From Octopus bimaculoides (taxonomy: Eukaryota), in NCBI RefSeq assembly GCF_001194135.2, contig NC_068982.1:148824702-148861264 (forward strand): a DNA stretch of 36,563 nt. Direction: 5' to 3'. Shown here in pieces: positions 1-10,338 of the stretch (positions are counted from its first letter, which is position 1; each line of letters opens with the position of its first letter). The notes below the pieces were generated by a model, which was not told the origin of the DNA, did no database searches, and saw only the letters and a list, made by a program, of their open reading frames with translations. The translations under genes were made by a program, and so were the position numbers.

Positions 1-29
1 ATGATGATGATATATATATATATATATAT

Positions 30-67
<38 letters not shown>
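1..67. repeat. (ATG)n/(TA)n microsatellite
   Basis: Directly visible ATG and TA runs. Confidence 0.95.
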
Positions 68-69
<2 letters not shown>

Positions 70-150
70 GGAGCCTGGTGTAGCCATCTGGTTTCACCAG
101 TCCTCAGTCAAATCGTCCAACCCATGCTAGCATGGAAAGCAGACGTTAAA
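68..150 (+). mobile_element. Short 3' end of RTE LINE or RTE-tailed SINE (family B)
   Basis: ggagcctggtgtagccatctggtttcaccagtcctcagtcaaatcgtccaacccatgctagcatggaaagcagacgttaaac; nearly the same at 28270-28375 and inverted at 6698-6800 and 7365-7460. Confidence 0.8.
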
Positions 151-220
151 CAACGGCGACGATATATATATTATTTCTAAATTTCTCTAAAGGAGACTAT
201 GCCAGCAGTGCTGGGTATTA

Positions 221-693
221 ATAGTTATCACCAAGCTAACGTGGCAATCCAGAAAAATAGGACAGATGCTGCCATTGATTAGCTCCAAGAGGCCATCGCC
301 TCTAGCTAGCTATGTGACACACAAACCTGTGTCCATTATAACCTTCAAACAGGGGAGGTCATCTGCTTCCCCATGCTGGCTCAGACATCCACAGACTAGT
401 TTCAGGGTATTTGCCCTCTATCAATGTGGAGTAGTCGAACACAGAACAGACAGTCAACAGCAATGCCTGCTGGTTTCGATTACTCCACATCGATAAAGGA
501 CAAATACCCTGAAACTTGTCTGTGGATGTCTGAATCAGCATGAGGAAGCTGCTGACCTCCCCTGTTCGAAGGTTATAATGAACACAGGTTTGTGTGTCAC
601 GTAGCTAGCTAGAGGCGATGGCCTCTTGGAGCTAATCAGCAGCAGCATTTATCCTATTTTTTTGGAATGCCATGTTAGCTTGGCGATAACTAT
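221..693. mobile_element. Fold-back / MITE-like palindromic element (219-bp inverted arms, 35-bp spacer)
   Basis: 221-439 aligns without gaps to the reverse complement of 475-693 (22 mismatches by hand count). TA lies at both ends. The palindrome is seen directly; the MITE call is inference. Confidence 0.7.
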
Positions 694-704
694 ATATATA
701 TATA

Positions 705-776
705 TGGTGCAGGTCCCCAGCTTGTCAGCTCTGGTCAAATCATCCAAACCATGCCAATATGGACAATTGATGTTAA

Positions 777-809
<33 letters not shown>

Positions 810-817
810 CTGATAAT

Positions 818-851
<34 letters not shown>

Positions 852-858
852 GTATATA
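705..858 (+). mobile_element. Family B RTE-like 3' tail with (GAT)n tail, then (TA)n
   Basis: gtcaaatcatccaaaccatgccaatatggacaattgatgttaaatgatgatgat matches the family B tail. Confidence 0.7.
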
Positions 859-861
859 AAC

Positions 862-1218
862 ATATCCCTCATATTTTTTTCTCTCTCCTATAATCAAATT
901 CTTCTATCCCTTCACTTCATCTCCCAATGTCTCCCCTAATTTCCATATTATGCACAAACCCCCACCCCCACCATCTTTCTTCCATCTCTCTCTCCTCCTC
1001 TTTCTCTCATTCACTCATTCCCTATACCTCTGTTATTTTATCATATAATCTCTCTAATTTCCTGTCTCTATTTTGAGCATTACCTTTCCTTTTTTTTTCT
1101 ACTTCTCATTTCTTTGTCACTCAATCTTTACCTCTCTCAATCTCTCCCCCCCCCACTCCCTATTCTAACAGTCTGCTTGCATTACTGCCAACCTATCAAT
1201 CTCCCACCTATCTAATCT
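862..1218. repeat. Pyrimidine-rich (CT-rich) low-complexity tract
   Basis: Strong C/T bias on the + strand over about 350 bp. Confidence 0.8.
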
Positions 1219-1235
1219 TTCAGTCTTTACAATAC

Positions 1236-1309
1236 CTTATTTCTCTCTCTTTCACCTCCTTCAGCACAGCTTTTTTTTTCTTCAGCGCTGCTTTTTCTTT
1301 CCAGTGTTC
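1236..1309 (-). CDS. Candidate internal coding exon (EHWKEKAALKKKKAVLKEVKEREIR), gene unknown
   Basis: Strong polypyrimidine acceptor (tttcctttacttttctttttattttcttcacgatggttggtctctttcag|GAA), a 74-nt open frame and donor AAG|gtattg. No homology recognised and no partner exons confirmed. Confidence 0.3.
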
Positions 1310-1789
1310 CTGAAAGAGACCAACCATCGTGAAGAAAATAAAAAGAAAAGTAAAGGAAAACCTTGACATGTGATGTAGTGTTGTTTTGTATGATTGTGAA
1401 ACTAGCAACTCAGCAACTTTCTGATTATGTTTAACAAAAGTCGACATCTGATGAAATTACATTGGAGCAATTAACTTTGAAGAAACTTCATTTAGCCGTT
1501 AAAAAAACTGATGGATCATTCAATACACAGATTGCTATGAAGTTCATAAGCACACAAAAAATACATATAGTTGTCATATTTTCCCAGTAACTTATACATT
1601 TTCTTTTGTATTTTTACTTATGATAAGACTGTTTACTTCTAGTATTGCACACAGAAGGGAATTTGTCTGATTTATTCCGTTAAAAGAATAAAAACCAACT
1701 CGAAGCCAGAAACTGACAACTGGAAAAACTGATTGCTATGTAGAAAGTGTAAGAATTAGTTGTTATAATAGATAAACTGAAAGAATATG

Positions 1790-1827
<38 letters not shown>

Positions 1828-1994
1828 TGTATGTATGACTATGTGAACAGATGGCTGAAAAAGTATGTGTATATAGAATTATATCAACTAAACAAAAAAA
1901 ATGGAGCAAATTAGAATGAAGTATTTATATGTGTGTATGTGTGTATTATATACACACACTTGTATATACATATATATATATTTGATATATAAAC

Positions 1995-2790
1995 ATCATT
2001 ATCATCATCATCATCATCATCATTTAATGTCTGTTTTCCATGCTGGCATGGGTTGGATGATTTGACAGGTTTCAGCAAGCTGCAAAGCTGCATCAATCTC
2101 CAATTTCAGGTTTGACTTGGTTTCTATGGCTGGAGGCCCTTTCTGGTGCCAACCACTTTACAATGTGTACTGGGTGCATCTTTGGTGCCAAAGGCACTGG
2201 TAAGTTTGCAATGTTAACTTGCAACATAGAAAAAGACCAAGGGAAAAGAAAAGCTCACACTATTAAGAAGGGAGTCTTTGAGAGAGGAAAGTGTTGAAAG
2301 GCTAATGTACAACAGAGGGACAGGCACAGGTGTCTTGCTATAGAGGAGATATATAGCTGAGTAGATGAAAGGAAAGTAGTGATGGGGTGCCAGGGCAAAC
2401 TCTAAAGGTACCAGAGAGTGAGCATAAGAGAGGATAGAGACAGTGAGTCATGGGAAGGTGAGAGGGGGGATAACAGAGATGGGGGTTAGGGATGGGAGTA
2501 GAGGTGAACATAATGAGTGATGAATGAAGGGGGTTATGCAGTTGAAGAGGAATTCCAGTATGAGAAAGAGTAAGGTGAGAGACATAGGAGTTGCTCAGGA
2601 AGAACAGATCAGATAGTAGTGGAATGATGGGGGAAATGTTGAAGCACTAAAGAGGTGGGGGAGATATAGTGGTACATAATGGGTTGTAGTAAGTTGGGTG
2701 TAATGATAGGTGTAAGAGGGCATTGAGAATAATAACAGATAAAAGAGGTGTTAAGAATGGTGTATAGTGGAAGGAAGAGAGCAGTGGCTG
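1995..2790 (-). mobile_element. Family B / RTE-type 3' region with long purine-rich extension
   Basis: (CAT)n then catttaatgtctgttttccatgctggcatgggttggatg... (family B tail, reverse), continuing into GA-rich sequence. The right boundary is uncertain. Confidence 0.55.
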
Positions 2791-2791
2791 A

Positions 2792-2795
<4 letters not shown>

Positions 2796-2833
<38 letters not shown>

Positions 2834-2880
2834 GTATATATCTGTGTGTGTGTGGGGGGGTATATGTCTGTGTGTGCACA
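2796..2880. repeat. (GT)n microsatellite
   Basis: Directly visible. Confidence 0.95.
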
Positions 2881-3566
2881 CATATAAACACATACAAAAA
2901 AAGCAAACACATGAGGGAAAAAGGAAATAGCAAGAGATTTAAAGATATGTGTTTTGACATACGAATAGTAAATGTATTGTAGCAAGAAGCACACTTCTGT
3001 AATGGTATTTCTTGAAAGAAATGAAAAATAAAAATAAAGAACAACAATAAAATATCTGGGAAGGGTGTGTTTTGTTTCTTTTCACAACCACATTGCCTCT
3101 TATATATATATATATTATTTGGCAATTGTTTTTCTCTTTTTGTACAGTTCCATAGGATTATATCTTAAATTGTTAAAGTTATGATTATGCTTTCAATTCT
3201 GCAGGGAAACTTTGAACTATTCTTGTTTCATATTTTCAAAGAATGAATTCTTTGCAAACAACAGTAAAAAGAAAAGTCTGTAATTAGAAAATGTTCATAT
3301 TGGCTTTTTGTAATTAAATAAAACAAAAGAAAAAGAAATGGAAACTAATTATTTTCTTTTAATTATTTAACTTCAAACCAGAAGAAATTATTTCAGTTCT
3401 ATTTTTGTTGTCCTTTCTATAGTGTATTTTTATATTTAACTTCTAGGTTGGATGTTTCTTTAAAGTTTTGCTATTAAAATAAGATTGTAAGAGTGGCATT
3501 GTTTCAAAACAGAAGTGTATTTCTTTAATTCTCAATTCTAAACAGTTGTTGCTGTGGTCATCATAA

Positions 3567-3923
3567 TTATTACCCCTACTTTAGCGAAGGCAGAGGTATT
3601 GTTTTCAGTTGTGTTTGTTTGCTTGTTTGTCCATGGACAAGATATCTCAAGAACTGCTGGAAGGATTCAGATGCCACCTTCATGGATGTTTGGCCTCATG
3701 ACTGGCACAAACTGATTAGATTTTGGCATCAACCTGGTACTGGACAAGGGTTCTGGATTATTTTTCCTGTTTTTTTTACTTAATTTTAGAGAGCAGTCAG
3801 GTTCATTTTTAGTATTCTCGTTTGTGAGAGCAGTCAAGTTTATTTCAGAATCATCTCTGACTAATTGTTGAGAGGACGTTCATGTTGCCTTGGCAGAGGT
3901 TTGCACTCTCTGAGAGCTCTTGT
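3567..3923 (+). mobile_element. Non-autonomous Helentron / DINE-1-like element
   Basis: 5' ttattacccctac...gaaggcagaggta partial inverted repeat, (GTTT)n core, 3' ccttggcagaggt sub-terminal repeat and ctctc-t-gagag stem-loop. This matches the known architecture of Helentron-associated elements. Confidence 0.6.
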
Positions 3924-4080
3924 CCTCATCGTCATCATCATCATCATCACCATCATCACCACCATCACCATCATCATCACCATCACCACCAAAACCACCA
4001 CCACCATCACCACCACCACCACCACCACCACCACCACCACCACTACCACCATCATCATTATTATTATTATCATTATTCAT
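3924..4080. repeat. Compound (CAT)n-(CAC)n-(TAT)n trinucleotide repeat
   Basis: Directly visible; it explains the poly-His, poly-Pro and poly-Thr ORFs. Confidence 0.95.
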
Positions 4081-5009
4081 TCCTAGGTCAGTCCTTATAG
4101 AGCAGACAAGTCTATTAGTAAAAGCCAATCAAACCATGACCACGTCATCTTTTCTTCTGAAATAGTGTACTCCAGACATTACCAACTGTAACAGTAAGCT
4201 GGTGTTTGAGAGATATTTGCCTGCTATTTCTAGTAGGTCACACAATCACCAGTTATATGGTGAGGTGTGTTAATTTGTTTTTCATTTGTTTTAAAAATGT
4301 AAATGTTTGGCTTGAAAGCACGATAAAAATGGCAGTGGTACAAAAATTAGTGTTTATAAGCTTTGGGTCAGTAGCTTAGCAAACTTAAACATCCAGCCAT
4401 TGAGCCTTAGGGTATTGTAAGTCTCAGTGAAGAATAAGAAACTGAAACACAAATTAACCAAACAAAATGGCAAATATTAACAAAATGAACAACATAATAA
4501 AAACAAAAATTCCTTACACTTCAGGGAAATTAAAACATCTTTTCTCGTGTTTTCCATCCTTCTTCACTTCCAAGAGATATGTTTATTATAGTGCAACATT
4601 CATTACTTCTGTGCTATCTTAGCAAAGATGATTTAGTATGTCAGAACAGATATTTACATGAATGTTTTAGGAGTATTATTCAAGTATGAGATAAATTTAA
4701 GTATGAAGTAAACTTGAGAGAAAGTAGTGCATTATGTATTTCAATTAAATAAAACAGCTGCAAATAGAACTGTTATATATCAGATCTGTGTAAATCAGTA
4801 TTAGAAAATTTTAGCCTATAAACATCATGAATCACAGAGCTATTTCCAATTCAGTTCCGTTATTTAACCCAAAAAATCACAATGTACTGAGCTAAAGTAA
4901 AGAATAAAACATTTATACTCAAGAATAAGGGTAACAAAGTTGGTGACAGAACATTAAAGAGCCATTCTGATTCTTATAACTGTGTTGTAAAGTGGGTTCC
5001 TCCCACTGG

Positions 5010-5210
5010 TGTGATGTGTGACTGTTAGGCTGCTGCCATGCTGGGGCACTACCTTGAAGGGTTTAGTCAAACAAATCAACCCCAGCCAAAAGACTTTGGG
5101 CAACCTAAGGCTATAGTAGAAGACACCTCTCCAACATGTCATGGACTGGGACTGAACTCAGAACCATGTGGTTGGGAAGCAAGCTTCTTACCACTCAGTC
5201 ACACCTACAC
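5010..5210 (-). mobile_element. tRNA-derived SINE family A, internally deleted copy
   Basis: ggctatagtagaagacac...gaaccatgtggttgggaagcaagcttcttaccac is the reverse complement of the head of the 9522-9947 copy. Confidence 0.75.
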
Positions 5211-5441
5211 CCTTTGTGAATTATTTCTAAATTAGGAACCAGCTACAAACTGTGGGATCAAATACAATTTGATTTAATTCACACCAGTGTTTGACTGGTG
5301 TTTATTTTATTAACTCCTGAAGAATGAAAAGTTCCCAACTGATTCTGTTGAATTATGTTAATAGCATCTTAGAAATTTCATTAGTAAAAATTATTATCCA
5401 GACAAATGAAACAAGAAAATATAAGATGTATTAGATATATA

Positions 5442-6628
5442 CAGAGGTTGGACAAAATAATGGAAACACTTTAAAATTTCAAGCAAGTTTATTTTAATAT
5501 GGAGTAGGACCGCATGTGGAAGTAATTACAGTTTGAATTCTATGAGGCATGGACTCATACAGAGTTTAAATTGTTTCTAAAGGAAATTTTATCCATTCTT
5601 CAGCTAAAACAGTCTCCAGTTCTTGTAGTGATGATAGTGGAGAATATCAACTCTTTACTTGTTTTTCTAAAATGAACCATAAATGTTTAATAATATTGAG
5701 ATCTGGGGACTGTGGTGGCCAGATAAGATGTTCAACTTCACCGGAAACAGTTCCACAACCATAGGATGAATTTGATCAGATAAAATGCTTAAATAGTCTT
5801 TACTATTAATTCTGCCATGAAGGGAAACCATTGGGCTGGGAGATTTCCAAGATATAACCCCACCAGATCATTACAGATCCTCCTCAATGTTTAACAGTTG
5901 GAAGAGGGCAGTCTGGGTCAAATGCTTCTTTTGGCTGTCTCCACACATATACTTGGCTGGTGGTCGGAAATAAGGTAAAGGATGACTCGTCCAAGAAAAT
6001 AGCATTCTTCCACTGCTCTAGGGACCAATTGTGTAGGTTTTTACTCCACTCAAAATGCTTTGCAATGTTTGTTCTTGAAAGTGGTGGTTTTCTGATTGTA
6101 GCCCTCCCGTGAAAACTGGCTTTGTGCAGCTCCTGGCAAACAGTTTTTGTGGAAACTGGGTTCTCGAGGAAGTCATTAAGCTCTGTAGTAATTTTGGGAG
6201 CTGTACTTTTGTTATCCTTTCTAACAATTCCCGTAAGAGTCTGACGGTCCCTATCTGAAAGTTTTGGTTTCCTTCCGGAATTTTGTTTCGACAATGAGGT
6301 TTTTCCATCTTTCTCAAAGGCTGTCATTACTTTCAAGACAGTACTTCTTGATACACTAAACATTTCAACTGTTTTCATTATGCTAGCACCTACCATACAG
6401 ACACCAACAATTTGACCTCTTTGAAAGTCTGATAGATCTGTCATTTTAACGAACTTTAATTACCTTTTTCTGATGATATCTGAAAAGAAACAGAAATTTT
6501 AGCAAAACATATTAAGCAACACTAATAATAAATCAAAAAGCATAAAAATAAACAACCTTTTGATGGTTTTATAGATACTTCAAAATTATGATGCTATGAT
6601 GCTAGGTGTTTCCATTATTTTGTCCAAT
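5442..6628 (-). mobile_element. Tc1-family DNA transposon, decayed
   Basis: TA|cagaggttggacaaaataatggaaacac at 5440-5469; inverted partner gtgtttccattattttgtccaa at 6606-6627 (outermost bases degenerate); Tc1 transposase inside. Confidence 0.92.
5495..6444 (-). pseudogene. Tc1-like transposase pseudogene
   Basis: ORF 5884-6444 has the paired-like HTH N-terminus (MTDLSDFQRGQIVG...GRKPKLS), WKNAIFLDESSF and VWR...PTVKH. After the stop come GGSVMIW, WPPQSPDLNIIKHLW and YESMPHRIQTVI...GPTPY, with stops, frameshifts and a deletion near 5742. Confidence 0.93.
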
Positions 6629-6697
6629 AAGTACTGTTGTAAAATAGTATGATATTTGTTTTATCAACCTTAGATAGGTAAAATACGAAGTCAACAA

Positions 6698-6800
6698 TCA
6701 TCATCATCATCGTTTAACGTCCGCTTTCCATGCTGGCATGAGTTGGACGATTTGACTGAGGACTGGTGAAACCGGATGGCAACACCAGGCTCCAATCTAA
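6698..6800 (-). mobile_element. Family B RTE-like 3' tail
   Basis: catcatcatcgtttaacgtccgctttccatgctggcatgagttggacgatttgactgaggactggtgaaaccggatggcaacaccaggctcc. Confidence 0.85.
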
Positions 6801-7364
6801 TATATTTATATTAATATATAAGCATATAATAGATGCATATATATGTGGATAGATTAATCCATAATACATTAACACAAGAACTTCAAGCATTGGTTCCTTA
6901 CAGGAGAATGCACTTTCTTTTGACAATGATATCCAAAAGAGTAAAAAAAATTCTTTTACAAACTAACTTCTGACATTGTTACAAAGCTCAATCTTAGTAA
7001 GGTGCACGTTTACACACCTAGACAGTGACAAAATGCTAACAGATAAGCAGAAAGGCCACAGTGCTGGCTCCTATTCATGATAAGACCATCTAATGATAAA
7101 TTCAATGGTAATGGAAATGCCAAAAAAAGAAACAACATCTCTCAACAGAAAGCATTTATCAGTGTTCCACACAGTTGGTTTTTGGAAATATATAAAATAT
7201 AGGAACTGAATAAAATAAAAAAGAGAAAACAATTTATAGAATTCCTTGAAAACATAAAGTAAACAAGTAATCAGACCTCATTATGTGGTATGTTAATGAA
7301 ATTTGACCACAACTGTTTGTATAATTAAAGCAGGTGTGTCTTCAGGTGCCTCACTTTCATTATT

Positions 7365-8005
7365 ATTATCATCATCGTTTAACGTCCGTTTTCCATGCTG
7401 GCATGGGTTGGACAGTTTGACTGAGGACTGGCAAGCCAGTAGGCTGCACCAGGTTCCAATCTGATCTGGTAAGGTTTCTACAGCTGGATGCCCTTCCTAA
7501 CACCAACCACTTCAAGAGTGTAGTGGGTGCTTTTTATGTGCTGCCGGCATGGGAGCTAGTCAGGCAGCACTGGCATTGACCACGTTCAGATGGTGCTTTT
7601 TACGTGCCTCTGGCACAGGGAGCCAGTCAGGCAGAACTGGCAATGACCCACTCTTGAATGGTGTTATTACGTGCCACCAGCACGGGTGCCAGTCAGGCAG
7701 CACTGGCATTGGCCACTACTACAATTTCACTTGATTTAACAGGTTTTCTCAAGCACAGCATGTCACCATGCAATTCAAGGCTACTTTTAAATAGACTGGT
7801 TATGTGACTCTGGTATCGGCCACAGCTATGACCTCACTTTACTTCCTGGGTCTTCTTAATCACAGCATATCTCCAAAGGCGTCAGTCTCTTGTCATTGCC
7901 TCTATGAAGCCCAACGTTCAAAGGTCTTGCTTCAGCACCTCATCCCATGTCTTCCTGTGTCTACCTCTTCCACAAGTTCCTTCCACAAGTTCCTTCCACT
8001 GTCAC
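7365..8005 (-). mobile_element. RTE LINE 3' fragment (ORF C-terminus, 3' UTR and tail)
   Basis: Minus strand reads VEGTCGRGR.RKTWDEVLKQDL*TLGFIEAMTRD..LWRYAVIKKT, then a UTR with repeated gccagtcaggcagcactggc units and the (GAT)n tail. This links family B tails to RTE. Confidence 0.85.
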
Positions 8006-8432
8006 ACCCTATCAGTGGAAGGAAGGAACCTGTTATTCACAATTGTTATTTTTTTCTGACACTAGCTCACTTAAACAGTTGAATGGGTATAAGGTTATGA
8101 TCAGTAGCACACATTTTCCATTTTATAAGGCTATATAAAAATTATAAGGTACAAAACAATCAACTGAAATGTATGCAAATATAAAGTCTTGCAACTGACT
8201 GGAGAAATCAAGAATGTCGAAAATGAAAAGCCCAGCTAATTCTGGTTATAATTTAAGCCCTTGGTAACCTGGATTTAGGACTTGATAATCACGTTTTCCA
8301 GAATATACACAATGCAGAAGATAGATTTATTACTCACATTGTATGGACACTTCTGATGTAATCAACACCCCAATAATCACATCTTTAGACCATGTTCAAT
8401 TTCCTGTTGCAGATGCTGTTGCTGCTACTGCT

Positions 8433-8553
8433 CTTCTTCTTCTTCTTCTTCTTCTTCTTCTTCTTCTTCTTCTTCTTCTTCTTCTTCTTCTTCTTCTTCT
8501 TCTTCTTCTTCTTCTTCTTCTTCTTCTTCTTCTTCTTCTTCTTCTTCTTCTTC
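8433..8553. repeat. Perfect (CTT)n, about 40 units
   Basis: Directly visible; source of the poly-L, poly-F and poly-K ORFs. Confidence 0.98.
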
Positions 8554-9061
8554 ATTAAATCAAACTTGACTGGAAAATTTCTGATCAAATTCATTTTAGA
8601 CTTAAATATCCTCCTCTTTTTAGCAGCATCTTGATCTAGGTTAGAATTACCTTACCTGTGCTTCTGTTTTTTTTTTGTCCATCCTCAAACACCTTCCCTA
8701 TCAAGAAGTGGTTTGAGGATGATTTAGCTGCTATTTCTGGAAAGCTAAATGACCATGTTGGGGTGTCATTGCCAGTTTAGTATTCAATCTCCTGTTTATA
8801 AATATGACCATGTGAAAAACTGCTATAATATTAATGGCTTCTGTCATGGTTTGGTTCTTAAATTTGATTATTTGATAGGAATTCTTTGTTGTAAATGACT
8901 TTTGCTTTATCGTGCTGGAACTGGCCTTCCATTTTATCCCACTACCCTCATTATTATGGACGAGTTTTAATTGTTCGTTTGCCAGTAATGTTTCATATTT
9001 TGAAGCTTCGCTGATTTTTCTTTCAGGAATATGTCTCCTCTGCTGATATACATCAGAAAAA

Positions 9062-9180
9062 AGACATACACACATGCACACACTCATCCACACACAAACA
9101 CATATAAACACATACATACACACATATGCACATTCATGCACACGTACACACCCATAAACACACACACGCATATATATTAT
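9062..9180. repeat. Degenerate (CA)/(TA) microsatellite
   Basis: Directly visible. Confidence 0.85.
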
Positions 9181-9521
9181 ACTCATAGTAGGCAGACTTC
9201 TGCACATGTTTTCTACATTTCAATGAATGGTATTAGTGAACTTGAAGCTATGGGATTTATTTATTTTATGTTACAATCAGGCAATCACTGGTTTCCAGTA
9301 TTTGTGACAGCAACAATGATAAGGGAGCACCGCTAACTCAATGCAGAATACATACCTCAAGTACTTCATTTGTAAAAGCCCTGGTTTTTCGCTTTTATTA
9401 ATGTTTATATCTCCATTGCTGATACACATCAGCAAAAGTTACACACACACACATATACACGTAGTACATATGTATATGGGTCTGTGTTAAGAAGTTTGCT
9501 TCCCAACACAAGCATAGCATA

Positions 9522-9685
9522 GGCCCAGGAGTGGGTGTGTGGTAAGTAGCTTGCTTACCAACCACATGGTTTCGGGTTTAGTCCCACTGCATGGCACCTT
9601 GGGCAGGTGTCTTCTACTATAGCCTCGGGCCAACCAAAGCCTTGTGAGTGGATTTGGTAGACGAAAACTGAAAAAGAAGCCTATC

Positions 9686-9719
<34 letters not shown>

Positions 9720-9947
9720 GTATGTATATGTTTGTGTGCATGTGTTTGTGCCCACCCCCCCAACATCGCTTGACAACCAATGCTGGCGTGTTTATGTCCC
9801 CGTCAACTAGCAGTTCGGCAAGAGAGACCAATAAAATAAGTACTAGGCTTACAAAGAATAAGTCCTGGGGTTGATTTGCTTCACTAAAGGCAGTGCTCCA
9901 GCATGGCCACAGTCAAGTGACTGAAACAAATAAAAGAATAAAAGAAT
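9522..9947 (+). mobile_element. tRNA-derived SINE family A, near full length
   Basis: tRNA-like head (ggagtgggtgtgtggtaagtagcttgc...gggtttagtccc), internal (TA)n/(GT)n, body ending ggcagtgctccagcatggccacagtc...aataaaagaataaaag; multiple copies in the window. Confidence 0.88.
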
Positions 9948-10086
9948 AGCAAGGAAGAGCCAGTAGGGTCGGTCTGCCCCGGGCAGCACTTTTAAAGGAG
10001 CACCACTTTTGGATCTGCTGTAGGCAATATGTGTTTTTTGTGTGGTTTGGGGGTGGCAAACAGAAGGGCAGGACACATTAGTGCAT

Positions 10087-10320
10087 CCCAACCACATGTG
10101 ACACTTGGGCAAGTGTCTTCTACTATAACCTCAAGCTGATCAAAAGCCTTGTGAATGGATTTGGTAGATGGAAACTGAAAGAAGCCCATTATGTGTGTGT
10201 GTGTGTGCTCGTGCACTTGTGTTTGTCCCTCACCAATACTTGACAAATAATATTAGTTTGTTTATCTCTCCATCACCTAGCAATTCAGCAAAAGGAACAG
10301 ATAAAGTAAGTAGCAGGATT
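10087..10320 (+). mobile_element. SINE family A, truncated degenerate copy
   Basis: cttgggcaagtgtcttctactataacctc...gccttgtgaatggatttggtagatggaaactgaaagaagccc. Confidence 0.75.
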
Positions 10321-10338
10321 AGAAAAAAAGTGTAAACA

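Noticed and set aside
266-541. Opposite-strand ORF pair within the palindrome
   Set aside because: A consequence of inverted symmetry; no coding signature.
3861-4165. Poly-His, poly-Pro, poly-Thr and poly-Gly ORFs
   Set aside because: All frames are open only because of the (CAT)/(CAC) repeat; no unique coding context or splice support.
8338-8382. 45-nt minus-strand exon candidate with a perfect gtgagt donor
   Set aside because: The only usable acceptor lacks a polypyrimidine tract, and the upstream acceptor gives stops in all three frames.
8343-8634. Poly-Leu, poly-Lys and poly-Phe ORFs
   Set aside because: Translations of the (CTT)n tract.
8731-9207. 158-aa minus ORF
   Set aside because: The first third is microsatellite; the rest has no recognisable motif or good donor and ends in a repeat.
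9522-9600. tRNA gene-like sequence at SINE heads
   Set aside because: A/B-box-like motifs only, without a full cloverleaf, and continuing into SINE bodies; not tRNA genes.
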